Position numbers and translations under genes: made by a program
Part shown: positions 12,851 through 26,149 of the stretch, piece after piece
How the letters are laid out: every line of letters begins with the position of its first letter
How positions within the stretch are numbered: the first letter of the stretch is position 1
The notes under the pieces: model-generated
Databases searched by the model: none
Told to the model about the DNA's origin: nothing
What the model saw: only the letters and a program-made list of their open reading frames with translations
From: Vairimorpha necatrix
Taxonomy: Eukaryota
Reading direction: 5' to 3'
Length of the DNA: 64,000 nt
NCBI GenBank assembly: GCA_036630325.1
Contig: CP142732.1
Span: 62,001-126,000 of the forward strand

Positions 12851-13020
12851 AAAAATTGTTTTCGTGACAATAGATTAAGCGGTTAACGCTCGTCAGAAGC
12901 TTTTTGTTTTAACAGATTGCAAAATACAACATAATTTTAAGAATTAATTATCCTGTTTAAAAGGGGCAAATTTGACAGGTGAACAATCCACCAATGGAAA
13001 AATCATATTATATATGTAGT

Positions 13021-13197
13021 TGTGGTATCCACCACTGAGGAAAGTATTTAAAATGTTTTTATTTTTGATTTCATTCCTTCTTTCCATTACTCCGTACCCC
13101 TCTCCGGATAAAATGATTAAATAAGTGTTGGGGGGAAACGGGACGAATTGGAGGGAAAGATTTTGGAATTATATTTTATGATATTTGGTATATCATA
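13021..13197 (+). repeat. Solo LTR (177 bp, TG..TA ends), hairpin/Gag-in-LTR type
   Basis: Perfect TSD GTAGT (13016-13020, 13198-13202); homolog of 2348-2525; encodes KILELYFMIFGIS. Confidence 0.75.
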
Positions 13198-13593
13198 GTA
13201 GTGTAGTTTATTTGATACAAAAATAGTTTTTAGTGTGTTTTAGTTGTTTTTTAAATTTAAAATATACGGAACTGTTATGTATCCATTGGACATGGCCATT
13301 TTTGTAATAGCTCTCCAAATAGTTTCTATAATCATAATATTTATTGATGGTTTTAATCTTTTTCTTAGATTCCATATTCATCGAAAACATACTTTCTTTT
13401 ATATTTTACTTTAATTTTATTATTTGTTGTACAAAACTAAACTACAAACATTGGCGTATTTGCGAATGTGGTAACAACCATACAACTTTCGTTTATTAAT
13501 TTAATTGACCATCTTGACAAGCCATATAAAACAATTAACATGTCTTTGAACATATGTAACAGTCGATGCTACTTTTGCATATGTATTTGTTGA

Positions 13594-14858
13594 GGGAGGT
13601 AAGGTACATTAATTCCCCCCTCCCTTCTATAACGCGCTTCGATTTTTTTTTCGAACCCCAAAATTGAAGTGCAAAAAAAGAGGAGCAAGAAAGGGACAAA
13701 ATTTTCTTACCACTTTAAACATTAAAAATACAAAATAATAATATAAAACGGCTTAAATTCAAATTTTAAACCAAGTTTTAAAAATGAAAAGTTTCTACTT
13801 AATATTTTTAACTAAATTTAAATTTATTTATTTTATGATAATTTTCATTTCTTCCTAATAAAATGACAGAATTTAACAAGAAAGTTGAGAAAATATTGGA
13901 GATAATATTTATATCTACTTTAATTTTAAGGTTTTATCCACTTTGTGGTGGGAATGTACACAGACGTATAGAAATACAAAATCAGATGATATGTACTCCA
14001 AAAAGTTGCAGAAAAGAATTTACGATAACAAAAAAGAAACCTTTTCAAAGATCTAAATTGCCATGGCTGATAAGATGCCAGGTCATATTTCTTTTTGTTG
14101 AAAATAAGGTTATAACAACAATTAAAAAAATTCATAGTTTTAATCGAAAAACAATTTATAGACTTATCAAAAACTTTTTTAAGCATATAACTGGTAATAA
14201 AAAAAATTTGAGGTTTGGGCATATTTGTAGAGATTGACGAATCTAAATTCGGAAAGAGAAAATACAACAAAGGCCACAAAGTTGGCGGCGTATGGGTACT
14301 TGGGATGGTGGAAAGGACTGCAGAACAAGGCTTAATCTTACTTAAAGTTAAAAATAGAAAAGCCGTGACTCTCGAAAGATTAAAAAAAGAATATGTACAT
14401 TCCGGAAATATTAATATACTGATTGTTGGAAAGGTATACAAATTTTAATCAATTAGGCTTTTACGAAACCATACCGCTAACTATTCCCTTGGTTTTATAA
14501 ATCCAGAGAATGGTGTTCATACTAACACAATTGAAGGAACATGGGCTGGTGTAAAAAGAACGATTCCAGCAAGATATCGCTCTGAAAAAGATGTAAATCT
14601 ATTTCTTAATCAGTTTACTTTTAAAAGACGAAATCCTACAAACCTTAAAAAATATAATAAAATAGTGTTTTTGTTATACATATCTTGGTTTAAAATTTAA
14701 TTTTAAGCCGTTTTATATTATTATTTTGTATTTTTAATGTTTAAAGTGGTAAGAAAATTTTGTCCCTTTCTTGCTCCTCTTTTTTTGCACTTCAATTTTG
14801 GGGTTCGAAAAAAAAATCGAAGCGCGTTATAGAAGCGGGGCTAATGTATCCTTCCCCC
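13594..14858 (+). mobile_element. Merlin DNA transposon with about 180-bp TIRs, frameshifted transposase about 13863-14660
   Basis: TIRs 13594-13776 and 14684-14858; perfect 8-bp TSD TTTGTTGA (13586-13593, 14859-14866); VEIDESKFGKRKYNKG..WVLGMVER and GVHTNTIEGTW. Confidence 0.93.
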
Positions 14859-14860
14859 TT

Positions 14861-15608
14861 TGTTGAGAATATATATTTAATAAAATATAACCCTTAACTT
14901 CAATTATCTTTAACATGGTGGAGAATAAAATTATTGAACACAAACAAAGAACAAAAGAAGAGGTTGTAAGTTCCGTCAAGGCATGACACGTAAAAAATTG
15001 CAGTATATGTTAGAATGGGATGGTTGGTTGTCTAACAGAAGAGAATGTGATGGCTTGCATCGTTCGAGGGACCCAGATAGGTGAAGAATTAGAGTAGCTA
15101 TGAAGAGCTATGGAGAAACAGTATTGACTGTAATAAGATCTGGCATAAGAGTTGTCGAGATTGAGTGTAGTGGCATCCCACTATTTACATTAAAGCTATC
15201 GTGACAAGATAGCTGAACCACCAGTGTTCAAAAATCCAGAGAGATTTAAAAAGATAAGAAAATCAAAAAGAAATTGTGTATAGTTGAAGAATTAAAAAGG
15301 CGGAAAATATCCGATTTCATTGTTGGGAAGACATGTGAAAAGAAAAATCACATGCCCATAGACTGTATGTATTATAACAGGGAATTCAAGTCCCACAAAG
15401 ACCAGTACTAGAAGGGATAGTAAGACGCGATTGAGTAAAGCGCAGCCCATGGCCAGTTGACATATAAATGCATTTTTATTTTGAGAGCCAAATAGTAGGC
15501 GTAGGAAGTAGTAAAGATAAATTCATCACTCAAATCTAAATTTGGTGCGTGGATGTTGAAAATATATATTTAATAAATTTAACCCTTAACTTACAATTAT
15601 CTTTAACA
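14861..15608 (+). mobile_element. Small non-autonomous LTR element D (TRIM-like or internally deleted Gypsy)
   Basis: 55-bp direct repeats 14861-14915 and 15554-15608 with TG..CA ends; PBS TGGTGGAGAAT at 14916; about 640 bp of degenerate interior. Confidence 0.8.
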
Positions 15609-15609
15609 A

Positions 15610-15880
15610 TGTAGTTTTATCATTCACGGGAAGTCTTACAAAACTCAAACAGTCTAGTCATCAATCATAAGTTTTTGCCTCCTTATTCTCTACAATTAAA
15701 TCCAATAGAAGGATTAATTAATTATGCTTAAGGCAAGATTTTAAACCTTTCATTTTGCAGAAAGTCAAATTATAACAAGTCTTGATAATGTTTTGATTTT
15801 AAATTATAGCTGTGGGGGACCTGGGGTTTATAGAAATATGATGGGTTTGAAGAAAAGACAAGAGCAAGAAAAATTTTATT
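15610..15880 (+). mobile_element. Tc1/IS630-like DDE transposase remnant
   Basis: FLPPYSLQLNPIEG motif at about 15672-15713; extent uncertain. Confidence 0.5.
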
Positions 15881-18112
15881 TAAAAACTTTTTTACTTATT
15901 TTTAAATGTTAATTTTATGGCACTGTAACGATTAAACCCCTTTTGTAAATCCTTGTGGAAAAAATAATAAAGTTTTTTACTCCTGCGATTATAACATAAA
16001 ACGAATATAAATCTTCTTGTAAATGTACTTTATTACAACATGAAGTACAATATACATATTTACCATATATCTTTATATACTTTTGATTTAATGCTTTATA
16101 AATAAAAAATCGCCATACTCTTATTTTCTAATACTTATCTTTCTCATGCAAATATTATATTAATTTTAAAATATTAAACTTGAAATCTTATAAGAATACT
16201 TTCTAAGATAATTTAAAGGGTAAATCATACATCAGAAGTTATTTATATCGCTTATTGTATGTTTGGTATGTTTTAATATGATAGCGAATAAACTCAATTT
16301 GGATTTAATGTGATAAACAAACGTTATTTTTTTACTATCGAAAATATTTTATCATATAAAAATTACAAAATATAGTAGCTAAATGATCAAATCTAATTTT
16401 CATCAATAAATAAATGGTTTTTATTATATTATAACAAAAGTATCACATATTATAGTAAAAAAATTATTTGTTTTTTTATGTAATCGAAAACAGGTCTTTT
16501 ATAATACAACTAGTTTGATATTGTAATTTTTTTAAAATTTAAAATTTAAAGATAATAAAAAAATTCTAAAATAGCAAAAAAACATTTTTTTTCATAAATA
16601 ATAACAATGTTTTTCATAATTATTAAAAACAAAATATGTCTTTTAACAAGGCACAAAGTTTTTAAAATTGTAATAAAACAACTTTGTTTTCACTAACAAA
16701 ACACATTATATTTTCAACACTCTTAAGTTGTCAAACAACTGGTGAAGTTTCAAAATTATGAAATAGTAATAAACCACCTAACAGTTATAAATTGGAAATA
16801 AAGAGGTAAAGCTAAAAAACTTAGTAGCAATAGTATACCCAATGGCACTTGGAGTTGAAAAGAATATAAACACCTTAGAATAACATACGAACCTACTTTC
16901 CTATCTAAAAGAGGTGTTTCTCATTGTAACTCATAATTCTCTAGAGATAAAAAAGCAAGATTCAGTATGTTATAAATAAAATTTTTGCTTTGAATAGGGT
17001 TGGGTCATCAATTATCCCTACCAAATTGCAGAGTAATACAATCAATATTTCTAAAGTCTTTATTAGTGTTGGAAGTACTGATGAAGTACAAATCTTTTGA
17101 TCGGTAGCCGGTTAAATAACTTGTTCCTATTTAAACAACACAAGATCAAAATGGCATGCATATTATTGAAAGCCAAAACATTCCTCTAGATTTTTATAAA
17201 CCATAGTATAAGTCTATAACCTTTTCACCGGGCCGAGAACAACCCTGAAATTAGCATGATTAGACGAAATGAACATATTTTTCATAAATAACCAAAAATA
17301 TGCATAGTATTGTAAAAAAAATAAGTCTCGTTAAGGAATCCTCCCCTTTAAAAAATAACAACCATATAGAAGCATGTAAATCGGTTTAAAGTTTATTAAA
17401 ATGTGTATATAGGCAGCAGAACTCTTATAATTGTTTAGAAGGATACAAAGAGACCCAAGTAAAAGTAACGCACACTACAACATAAAAAATAATACGGCGA
17501 ACAAAAAAACAATGTTTTCGGGGCGGATACCATGAAAGATCATTTTGTAAAATTTATAAAGATGATCTTAAGTTGAGTTTTCAATTTATAAAAAAGCAGG
17601 GATGGCGTCAGCAAAATCATCACAGATATTCAATATATTATGTTTTTAGAAGCTGAAATGACATACGTTTACTCAGCACAAAAGATCGTAGAAAATTGTT
17701 ATCGAAAATGGCAGTACTTGTCAGAATACATACAAATTAAAATCATATATTGCCTGCTATGGTTAGTTTGTAGATTAAAAAATGAGATAAAAACTACGAA
17801 GTTTAACTGCTTATTATGAATACATGCTCTTTTCGAGAATTTAAAGCTAAAAAAATGCAAGTTCCCAAACAAAATGTATCTAAAACAAATTCACGGAAAA
17901 AATTTTTAATATTAATGAACATGAGAGGTTCAGCGACTAAGTACGCAAAAAATACAATCTCTTTAAAAATGAATTAAATTTACTACGCGGAAGAGAAGTT
18001 TAGAGCCTATTTCTATGGAAATATAACAACGAATCGATTAGAAAGATTTACGAGTGGAAAAAAAATTTGGCAATAGCTGTAACGCAATCGCCAAGTAAAA
18101 TGTTGTTTTTAA

Positions 18113-20686
18113 CCCTTAATAACCTAGAGTTTCAATTTTGATACCAATATTTCAAACCGAATGTTTCAATTACTATTCGTTTTTTTTATAGGTTGGCCGT
18201 ACGTATTTTACTGTTGTTTAATATTCTTTCCAACGTAATTAAAAAAAAACAAATGTCATTATAGTTTTATTTTGTCTATGACATATTATTTTCGCGGCAA
18301 AGTGAACAAATAAACACTTTTTACTAAAAGTTTTGTCGAATAAAATTTTATATATTTGGGTTTTCTGAAGAATATAAATACTTTTTAGGTAACAGAATAT
18401 ATTATTTTTGCTATGATATAATTATTTTTTGCGAGTGCATGTTTTACTTGAAGAAACTAGTGCTATTTTTGTGAGTATCAATTTTGATACTTCAGGCATT
18501 CCGCCCTACATAAAACCTACCTACCAATTCTTTAGCTACAAAATCTTTTTGAACTCATGTTTCATTATTTTTTTGCATGACTTGGATTTGGGATTACTTA
18601 TTTTTATTTTATTATAGAAATTTATCAAAAATGCGACCAGAAGAGATTGAGACAATGTTGAAGCGGTTAGAAAATGGTGAAATTTCGGAAGACGATTCCA
18701 CCGACAATGAAGATGATATAGACTATTATTCGAGCCTAAGAGATCGTCTGATGGAAGTAGAAGATGAAGAGAATGTAGGTAATTATCACACTGACCCAAA
18801 CTTTGAGGCAGATCCGCATGCAACAAACGTAGATACCGACATGCAACATAATTTAGAGACTGTTGAACTAAGCCCAACTCCTACAATTAGCAGCCAGAAC
18901 AGCCTGTAAACTGCAGCTTTCAACTCTAGAAACTTAGTGTGGAGAGTAAAGATCATGGATATAGTCCAAAATGCTTTTCAGTTTGCTGAAAACACTGAGT
19001 ATTCACAAGAAATTATGAACTTAGACACTCCTTTTCAGTTTTTTTCTTATTTTTTCTGTGAAGAAATTTTGAGATTTCTAGTGGACGAGTCAAATAAATA
19101 TGCTTTCCAAAAGAATCCCAACTTTACAGAACCTGTAACTGTCTTAGAATTACGAAAATTTATTGGAATTCTTATTTTTACTAGTGTATATCATTATCCT
19201 AGTGTCAGGTCATACTGGTCAAACATTACAAAGTTTAAACCCATAGCAAATCCAATGAATCGCAACAGATTTGATAAAATTCGACAGATTTTTCACATGA
19301 ATGACGACTCTAAACATTTGACCATTGATCATCTCCAGCACGACCGACTGCATAAAGAAAGACCAAAGATAGACAATTTGAACATAAAATTTTATTACAG
19401 TACCATTTGAGCATCGTCTATCACTAGACAAGCAAATGTGTTCAACTAAAATTAAACATTTTATGAAACAATACTTACCCAACAAGCCCCATAAGTGGCT
19501 TCAAATTATACGTTTTATGCTCTCTGTCTGGGCATGCCTACAATTTTGAGATTTACTCAGGAGCTAAGAACATAGACTTTTTACCTGGCGAACCAGACCT
19601 CGGAGCTGTATCGAATACAGTTATTCGATTGTTACGACCAGTACTAAGGCACGTCAATCATATAACTTATTTTAAAAATTTTTATATGAATATTCCTCTG
19701 CTACATTACTTGACCAACGAAGGTATTTATTGTCTTGGAACAGTACAGAGAAACAGGCTTGGAAAGTCGTGCAAGTTGCCGGAGAAACAGCATATTATGA
19801 AGTCTAACATACCCAGAGGAACATACCACGAAAATGTAGCCTCTCACGAAGGCCAAGAATTTTCGGCCACAAGTTGGAAAGACAACAAACAAGTACTATT
19901 ACTTTCCACGTATGTTGGCGCTGAACCAGCGAATACTATTACCCGCTACGAAAAAAAACTAAAGGCCAATGTTTAAGTATCATGTCCTCGGGTCGTAAAA
20001 GAATATAATGCACACTTGGGCTGCGTCGATTTGATAGATAGCTATATTGGTCGTTATAGCATCTGCATAAAGTCGAGAAATTGGACAACGGGGCTCTTCT
20101 ACCACTTGTTAGACATGACTGTCATCAATGCTTGGGTACTATACAAAAAAGTAAACACAGTGAAAGGAACGCTTCATAAGAATATTATGAAGTAAGCAGA
20201 TTTTAGAACTGTGCTTGCCGATACTTTATGTAGATATCAAAGTCACTCAAACAATAAAAGGGGAAGACCTTGTACCAACAGTCGACAAGACACCACAGTA
20301 CCTTCAAAAAGACCACGGACAGGTGTACAAGTACTACCCTATAATGACGTGCGTCGCGATTGTATTGGTCATGAAAATATTTATGGTTTCTAGAAATAAG
20401 TGTAAATTTAATAATTGAAGGAAACTGACCTCCTGGTTCTATAAAAGTGTAAAGTGTCGTTATGCGATGATAAAAACAATCAATGTTTCGCATTATTTCA
20501 TGCATAGGTATATCTGATTTCTTTATGGCCTTAATGCCCGAAGTATCAAAATTGAGACCTGTTTTTTGTTCTAAAAAAATGTGTAAAATAAATATTGTGA
20601 TTTTTTTAGCTATTTTCCCCTTCTAGACCATCAAGCAAACACAGTGATATTAAAAAAAACACTTTCGTAAATCAGGCTATTTTGAG
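18113..20686 (+). mobile_element. piggyBac DNA transposon, transposase pseudogene about 18631-20505
   Basis: TTAA at 18109-18112 and 20687-20690; imperfect TIR CCCTTAATAACCT / AGGCTATTTTGAG; subterminal inverted repeat (TCAATTTTGATAC at about 18131 and 18477, inverse at about 20542); motifs ELRKFIGIL, MNRNRF, KQYLPNKPHKW, GTVQRNR, WKDNKQV, YNAHLGCVD. Confidence 0.93.
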
Positions 20687-20876
20687 TTAATTTAACGATA
20701 CAGTTATACAAAATTGTACCACAGCGCCGAAACACTTATATAATATAGATGCATAATAAATAGTTTGGATACCTATAAGAATTTTTATACTCCAAACAAT
20801 TTGTTACATATCAAAAAAATAAAAGAAGAGCAAAGTTCTGTAAAAAAAACTCATATTTTTTTAACATTAAAAAATT

Positions 20877-21764
20877 TTATTCCAGATTTTTAAATATTTT
20901 ACCTATAAACTCAAGTACTTTCTTGTTTATACCCCCGTCAAGATGTCTCATCTTCTCAGTAATTTCATTCATCCTTATTTTGAACTCTGGGAAAAATGAT
21001 TTTATTTCTACTAAAAGTTCATTCGTAACTTTCCCCGTCTTGAAATATTCTCTGGCCGTATTAGAATTCCCTTCGGCCAATTTACAAGTAAAAAATGTCA
21101 ATTTTAAAGTTTCCAAGTCAGTCCCTGTCTTTTTACTAATTTCTGGGAAGAAATCAAGATAATCATCTTGCATTTGAAATTTGATTCCTAATAATCTGCA
21201 AAATTCATATAAATTAACTGGTTCATCTTGCCCAATGTAGGCATACCCAATTGATATTGGATAATAAAATGTATATTTTGATGTTTTATATTCCGCTATT
21301 TTATCAAATAAATCCAGTTTATATTCCTCCATTTTATTTTTTATAGAATCCAGTGTTTGCCCCAGGCACGTATTCCATAGACATTTAAGATATAATGATT
21401 TTAAATGCTTATCCTTTTTAAATTTTATATTTCTTGATATTCTACTTATGCCAACAATAAAATATTGTGTATATTTAAGAGATATCATTCCTTCTTTCTT
21501 ATAGTAACATTCCACTCCTCTTCTTGTATCTGATTCGTCCATGACATCGTCCATTACTAAAAGTGCACTTTGGAATAGTTCGAAAATATTTCCTATTTTT
21601 ATAGATTCATCAGATACATTATTTAAAAGAGTTTTGAATAATTCAGTCCTGTGTCCTTTACCTCCTGCTGTATTGTAAGTAATAAAAGACGATATTTTAC
21701 AGGCATTTTGATAATTGCAGAGTTTCATGAAATCGTGAAAAATTTGATCAAAATTCAATATCAT
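20877..21764 (-). CDS. FPS1: Farnesyl diphosphate synthase (trans-isoprenyl diphosphate synthase), 295 aa
   Basis: GGK..R; first aspartate-rich motif LVMDDVMDESDTRRG; GQTLD; KT; second motif FQMQDDYLD; KTGTDL; upstream CCCATAAATG. Confidence 0.93.
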   Translation of the reverse strand: MILNFDQIFHDFMKLCNYQNACKISSFITYNTAGGKGHRTELFKTLLNNVSDESIKIGNIFELFQSALLVMDDVMDESDTRRGVECYYKKEGMISLKYTQYFIVGISRISRNIKFKKDKHLKSLYLKCLWNTCLGQTLDSIKNKMEEYKLDLFDKIAEYKTSKYTFYYPISIGYAYIGQDEPVNLYEFCRLLGIKFQMQDDYLDFFPEISKKTGTDLETLKLTFFTCKLAEGNSNTAREYFKTGKVTNELLVEIKSFFPEFKIRMNEITEKMRHLDGGINKKVLEFIGKIFKNLE

Positions 21765-22331
21765 TTATGGGCTAAAAAAAACATGTTTTAAATTAGCAAA
21801 CTTTTAAGAAATATTTTATTTAAATTTACATATGACATAAAATGAATATTATATGTCAAAAAAAAAAATTATGATAATATTGAAAGAAACAACAATATAA
21901 TGGCATTTCTTAGTAATTTCTATTGTTTTAGAATAGAAACTTAAAAAAGTGCTTTTTTAGACAGACTCATGTTACCTCCTCAAGAAATTAATATTTTATT
22001 CATTGAAACAATAATTCTAAGATTATGTTGCTATTGGCTGTTTTAAAATTTACTAGATTCTTTAATTATAATGCATTAATTGCTTTGAGAATGTCAAATA
22101 TATCAGTTTTATTCGAATCATTTCAGCTTAAAATAAAAATATTTCTATTTTAATTAAAACGGAAATTTGAAAGACGTGAAGAAAAAAAGTGCGAAAGAGA
22201 AAAGCAAAAAAAACCAAGAAAATACATTTGGCTTCTACATATTGATATTAAAATTTTTTTTGTGTCGTTAAATATCAACTATTTGCATTTAACACTTTAA
22301 AGAATTCTGATTTTAAAAACTACCATAATTT

Positions 22332-23513
22332 AGCGCAACGATCTGAGCCCGGACTTTTTTATCTCTAAGGGGGGACCATTAGAGATAAACGAAAAAAATG
22401 ATTATAATAAAAATATTTTTTTATTTAAAAATCTTTCATAATTTCAATAAAAAACTCTCTACAACTCTTAATTTTTGTTTATATTGAGCACGTTCTTTTT
22501 CATTTAAATCCTCCAAAAAACCAGGGTTCGCACTTTCATGATCCCTTTTCTAGCTATTATTTCACATTTATCATGTGATCAGACTACCTCTATGAAATTT
22601 GTGGTCTCTCCTGCTTGGTTTTTGTACCAACATCGAGGACTACAGTGCGATGATCACTGTTGATGGATTCTACTTCAGCGATAGGCTTGTGCCAATCAGG
22701 TATATAAATCGTTTTATTTTTTATGTATTTTTTCAAAACTGTGTCATCGTCTAGATAGTCCGGTAAGGTATTATCTCGATTCCAATTCTAACGTTAGCTG
22801 TACCAACAATTCACAGTTTTTGACTGGGTCATATCTTTCCGATGGTGATTTGGCAAATTTCCCCTTTACAATAACTGTTTCATCGGGTTGTGTAACTTCT
22901 TCGATCTCTCTTATTTTTTTGGTGTTTGATGTTTTCCTTTTTCAGTGCTTCGTATGTTTTTTTAGCCCTGAAGATACTGGAAACTGACGCACGAAATTTT
23001 TTTGTTTAAGTTTAGTGTAGACTGCTTTCAGTGAATGAATACAGAATATAAGAATAATTATGTATAGGTATCCATGGACTAGAGATGGAAATTTTATCAA
23101 AAACTCCAATGATGCTCCACATCCATCCTTTCCTTTACAATTAAACTTGTGGCAGCCTATGTACGAATCGTCCGTAGTAAATAACATTTTCCCAATAAAA
23201 TTCATACATTCTATGGCTAATTTTGCCTTATTTTCATCCACTAGCTAACATATTACCTCATGTGGGTCTTGGAAGATTTTTGACCTATCATCAAGCGGCT
23301 TTAGACATTCCATAAGGGTAAAATATTTTTGAAAAAGTCATCAAAAAACAAAAAGTTTTATAGCTCAAGAAATGTTATTCCGAATGAAATTCAAAACAAA
23401 TCTGTAAATTTCGACTCTTGTATATGGTTCGTAAAAACATTTCCCCACTTTAAGGTCTGTACCCGGGTTAATTCGTAAAAAATAGGGAAGGCCCGGGCCC
23501 GGACCGTCGCGCC
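22332..23513 (-). mobile_element. Degenerate Merlin-like DNA transposon
   Basis: TIRs (A)GCGCAACGATCTGAGCCCGGAC / GGCCCGGGCCCGGACCGTCGCGCC; 8-bp TSD CATAATTT/TATAATTT (7/8); QPDETVIVKGK remnant at about 22860-22895. Confidence 0.75.
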
Positions 23514-23619
23514 TATAATTTAATATATGTGTCATAATCAAATATATATAAAGTTTAAGGCCAAATTCTGTTACATAAATATATAAAAGACTATTTTTAC
23601 GATGTTAAAAACATTTTAG

Positions 23620-24215
23620 TTGCGTGGATGTTTGGATCCCGCATTGAAATTGTAAAGAACCCTTTTTAATAATGACAAAACTGGTAAAAAAATTTATTTA
23701 AAACAGATGAGCTTTAAGCATATGAAAATAACATGAGTTTATTAAAAAATTAACATTACAAAACCAGCATGTTCCTTACTTGTCTTGTAGCTAGTATAAA
23801 TGTGGCGTATTCTTCTTGAGGTAAAACAAGATAATTTATTACTTGATTTTTTGTGATCATACATCAACGAAGAGCATATGATGTCGCATTAGACAAATCA
23901 CAAGAATGTCGCACAGGAATTTTAAGTACGTCGTCAATTTCGCAAATTTTAACGATCCCGAGATATAATACCAAACAAATTGAGAGATTTTGTTTTTTTA
24001 CAAGAGAGATATTCGGTCTAAACCTGAACAAACCAGGACGAGCAATATGAGCCCCTTTAATAGTTCCTCTGGTCTTATCAAATACTGAAAAATTAACGGA
24101 TAAATCATCTTTTTTTTAAAAAATAAATTGTTAAGTCTCTTTTTTATTTTTATTTTTTTTCAATTTTCAATGCGGGTTCATTTTACAATGCGTGATTCTA
24201 AATGGTCATGTGCCA
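23620..24215. mobile_element. Non-autonomous TIR element related to 1335-1926
   Basis: Shared ends GGATCCCGCATTG.. / ..CAATGCG(T/G)GAT..GGTCATGT and shared internal AGATGAGCTTT. Confidence 0.5.
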
Positions 24216-26149
24216 CTTAATAAAATTTGTATTGCTGCTAACTATGTTAGTGAGGCAAAAATGAAACAAACATATACAGATATTATTATAAAGTAAAACT
24301 ATATTTTGAGACTTAGACATGCTTTTAAATAAGATAAAACTAAGTACAGTTATTAAATGGAAAATGTGCCAAAAAACGCCTGTTTAAATATTTGCAAAGC
24401 TCCATTGTGGGAAATCCACTTATGAGGCAAAATTTTTTTTTTTCGACCCATTTTTGGATTTTTAACTAAGAAAAATGTAGTATACAAAAAATATATTAAA
24501 ACAGCGCAAAAATTGATAAAAACACATAAGAATATTATATAAAACTTATATTTAGGTAACATCATTAACATTTTCCCAAATCTAATCATCTATAAATTAA
24601 AAAAAATTAAATAAAAATATACGTATATTTATAATAGTACCACTAAATGACTGCGAAAAGCTTTATTTTATATTCGGTCATTTTTCCTCATTAATTGTTT
24701 AAAGAAAAGACAGTAGAGACAATCACTGTGAATTCTATAGTCAAATTTTTAATCTTATGCTCGCTCTTAATCCAAACAAAAAAAAAACAAACATAAACAT
24801 ATTGCTTGGAGTAGATCGAGAATGGATTGTTTTTTAACCGCCACAAAAATTATTTATAGATAGTGTTTTTCTAACCACTTAAAAAATATTAAAACTTACA
24901 ACAGTTCAATCGTTGTGAAATTGGTTTTCTATAATAAATCTATTTTTTTAAAAAAAAGTTTTGCTTCTATTTTTAGATTTGTCCTGTACTTTATAGACAA
25001 CATTCTCGTTATTTATGTTATCTTTGTAACATAAATTTTTTTCCGCAACCCAAAATATTAGCTATTAGAATGTAAACGAAATTTTTAAATCATTTGACTT
25101 ATCTTAAGCGACGTATAACTAGGTGACGTAAAGTATGATTTTATAAGACATAAATATTTTCTTTTATCTAACTATTTGATGTGATATCACAATATATTTC
25201 AGATTTTGCAAAATAAACAGTCACTTGTCTTTATTCATTGTTGTATATTTTTAAAAATTTCATTAAAAAGGATTTAATTAATTAGAACATGGTACCAAAA
25301 AGCTTTTTGTTTGTGAGTTGTAACTTACTATAAATTAAGGGGCCCTTGAGGCAACAATTCATAGAAAACTTCTTTATTACTGATATCTCCCGCTTGAGGT
25401 AATTTTATTAAAGACTTTATAGATAATGTTTCTCGTATAAGTAGATGAATTTGAAAAAAGCGAACAAAAAGATCTATATATGTTAAAACACATATTCAAA
25501 TTATACTTGCTTGTACACACATAGTTTAAAAGGGTTCACTGGCCATCAATAAGATTTATACGTTCTTTAAAAATTGATTCTCGGCGTTGTTTACAGCGTT
25601 TAGATATTCTAATTTTTAATTATTTTTTATTAATTACTTCTTAATATTTTATCATCTACAAATATTTTAAATTAAAAACAAAGTTTTATTTATTTTTTTG
25701 TGTAATAAATATCAAATAATATATAATTTAGCTCGATTTGGATTGATTTATTGTCGTATCTGATTAAATACTGATCATCCATATTTCTACGTACTTTAAA
25801 TTTGAATGGTTACTAAATTATTTAGATATTATCAAAAAAAATATGACAAATAACATTGTATTTTACATTATATCTAGACTTGTAACTAATTAATTGCTAC
25901 ATTATTTTATTTCATTTTCAATCCAATGAAACCTAGATCCGAAATGGGAAGAGGCCCTATAAGTATGAAGATAGAAGCAAAAATTTGCTCTGAATATATA
26001 TATAACACATAAGATGGATCTAGAAAAGGCTCAGAAAGACACATAGCGAACTTAAAAAGACGTGTAGAGCAAAAATTATTTGTTTTTAATTAACGAGTAT
26101 TTAAGGATTAGGTATAGCTTTTTAAATGACATAACATAGAAGATGCTAA

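Noticed and set aside
12203-14448. IS1595-like transposases as evidence of bacterial DNA
   Set aside because: Merlin is the eukaryotic relative of IS1595, and the context is eukaryotic (LTR elements, piggyBac, CCC start motif).
17330-18060. Possible Mutator-like transposase remnant (GNITTNRLE)
   Set aside because: One short motif, no TIR or TSD found.
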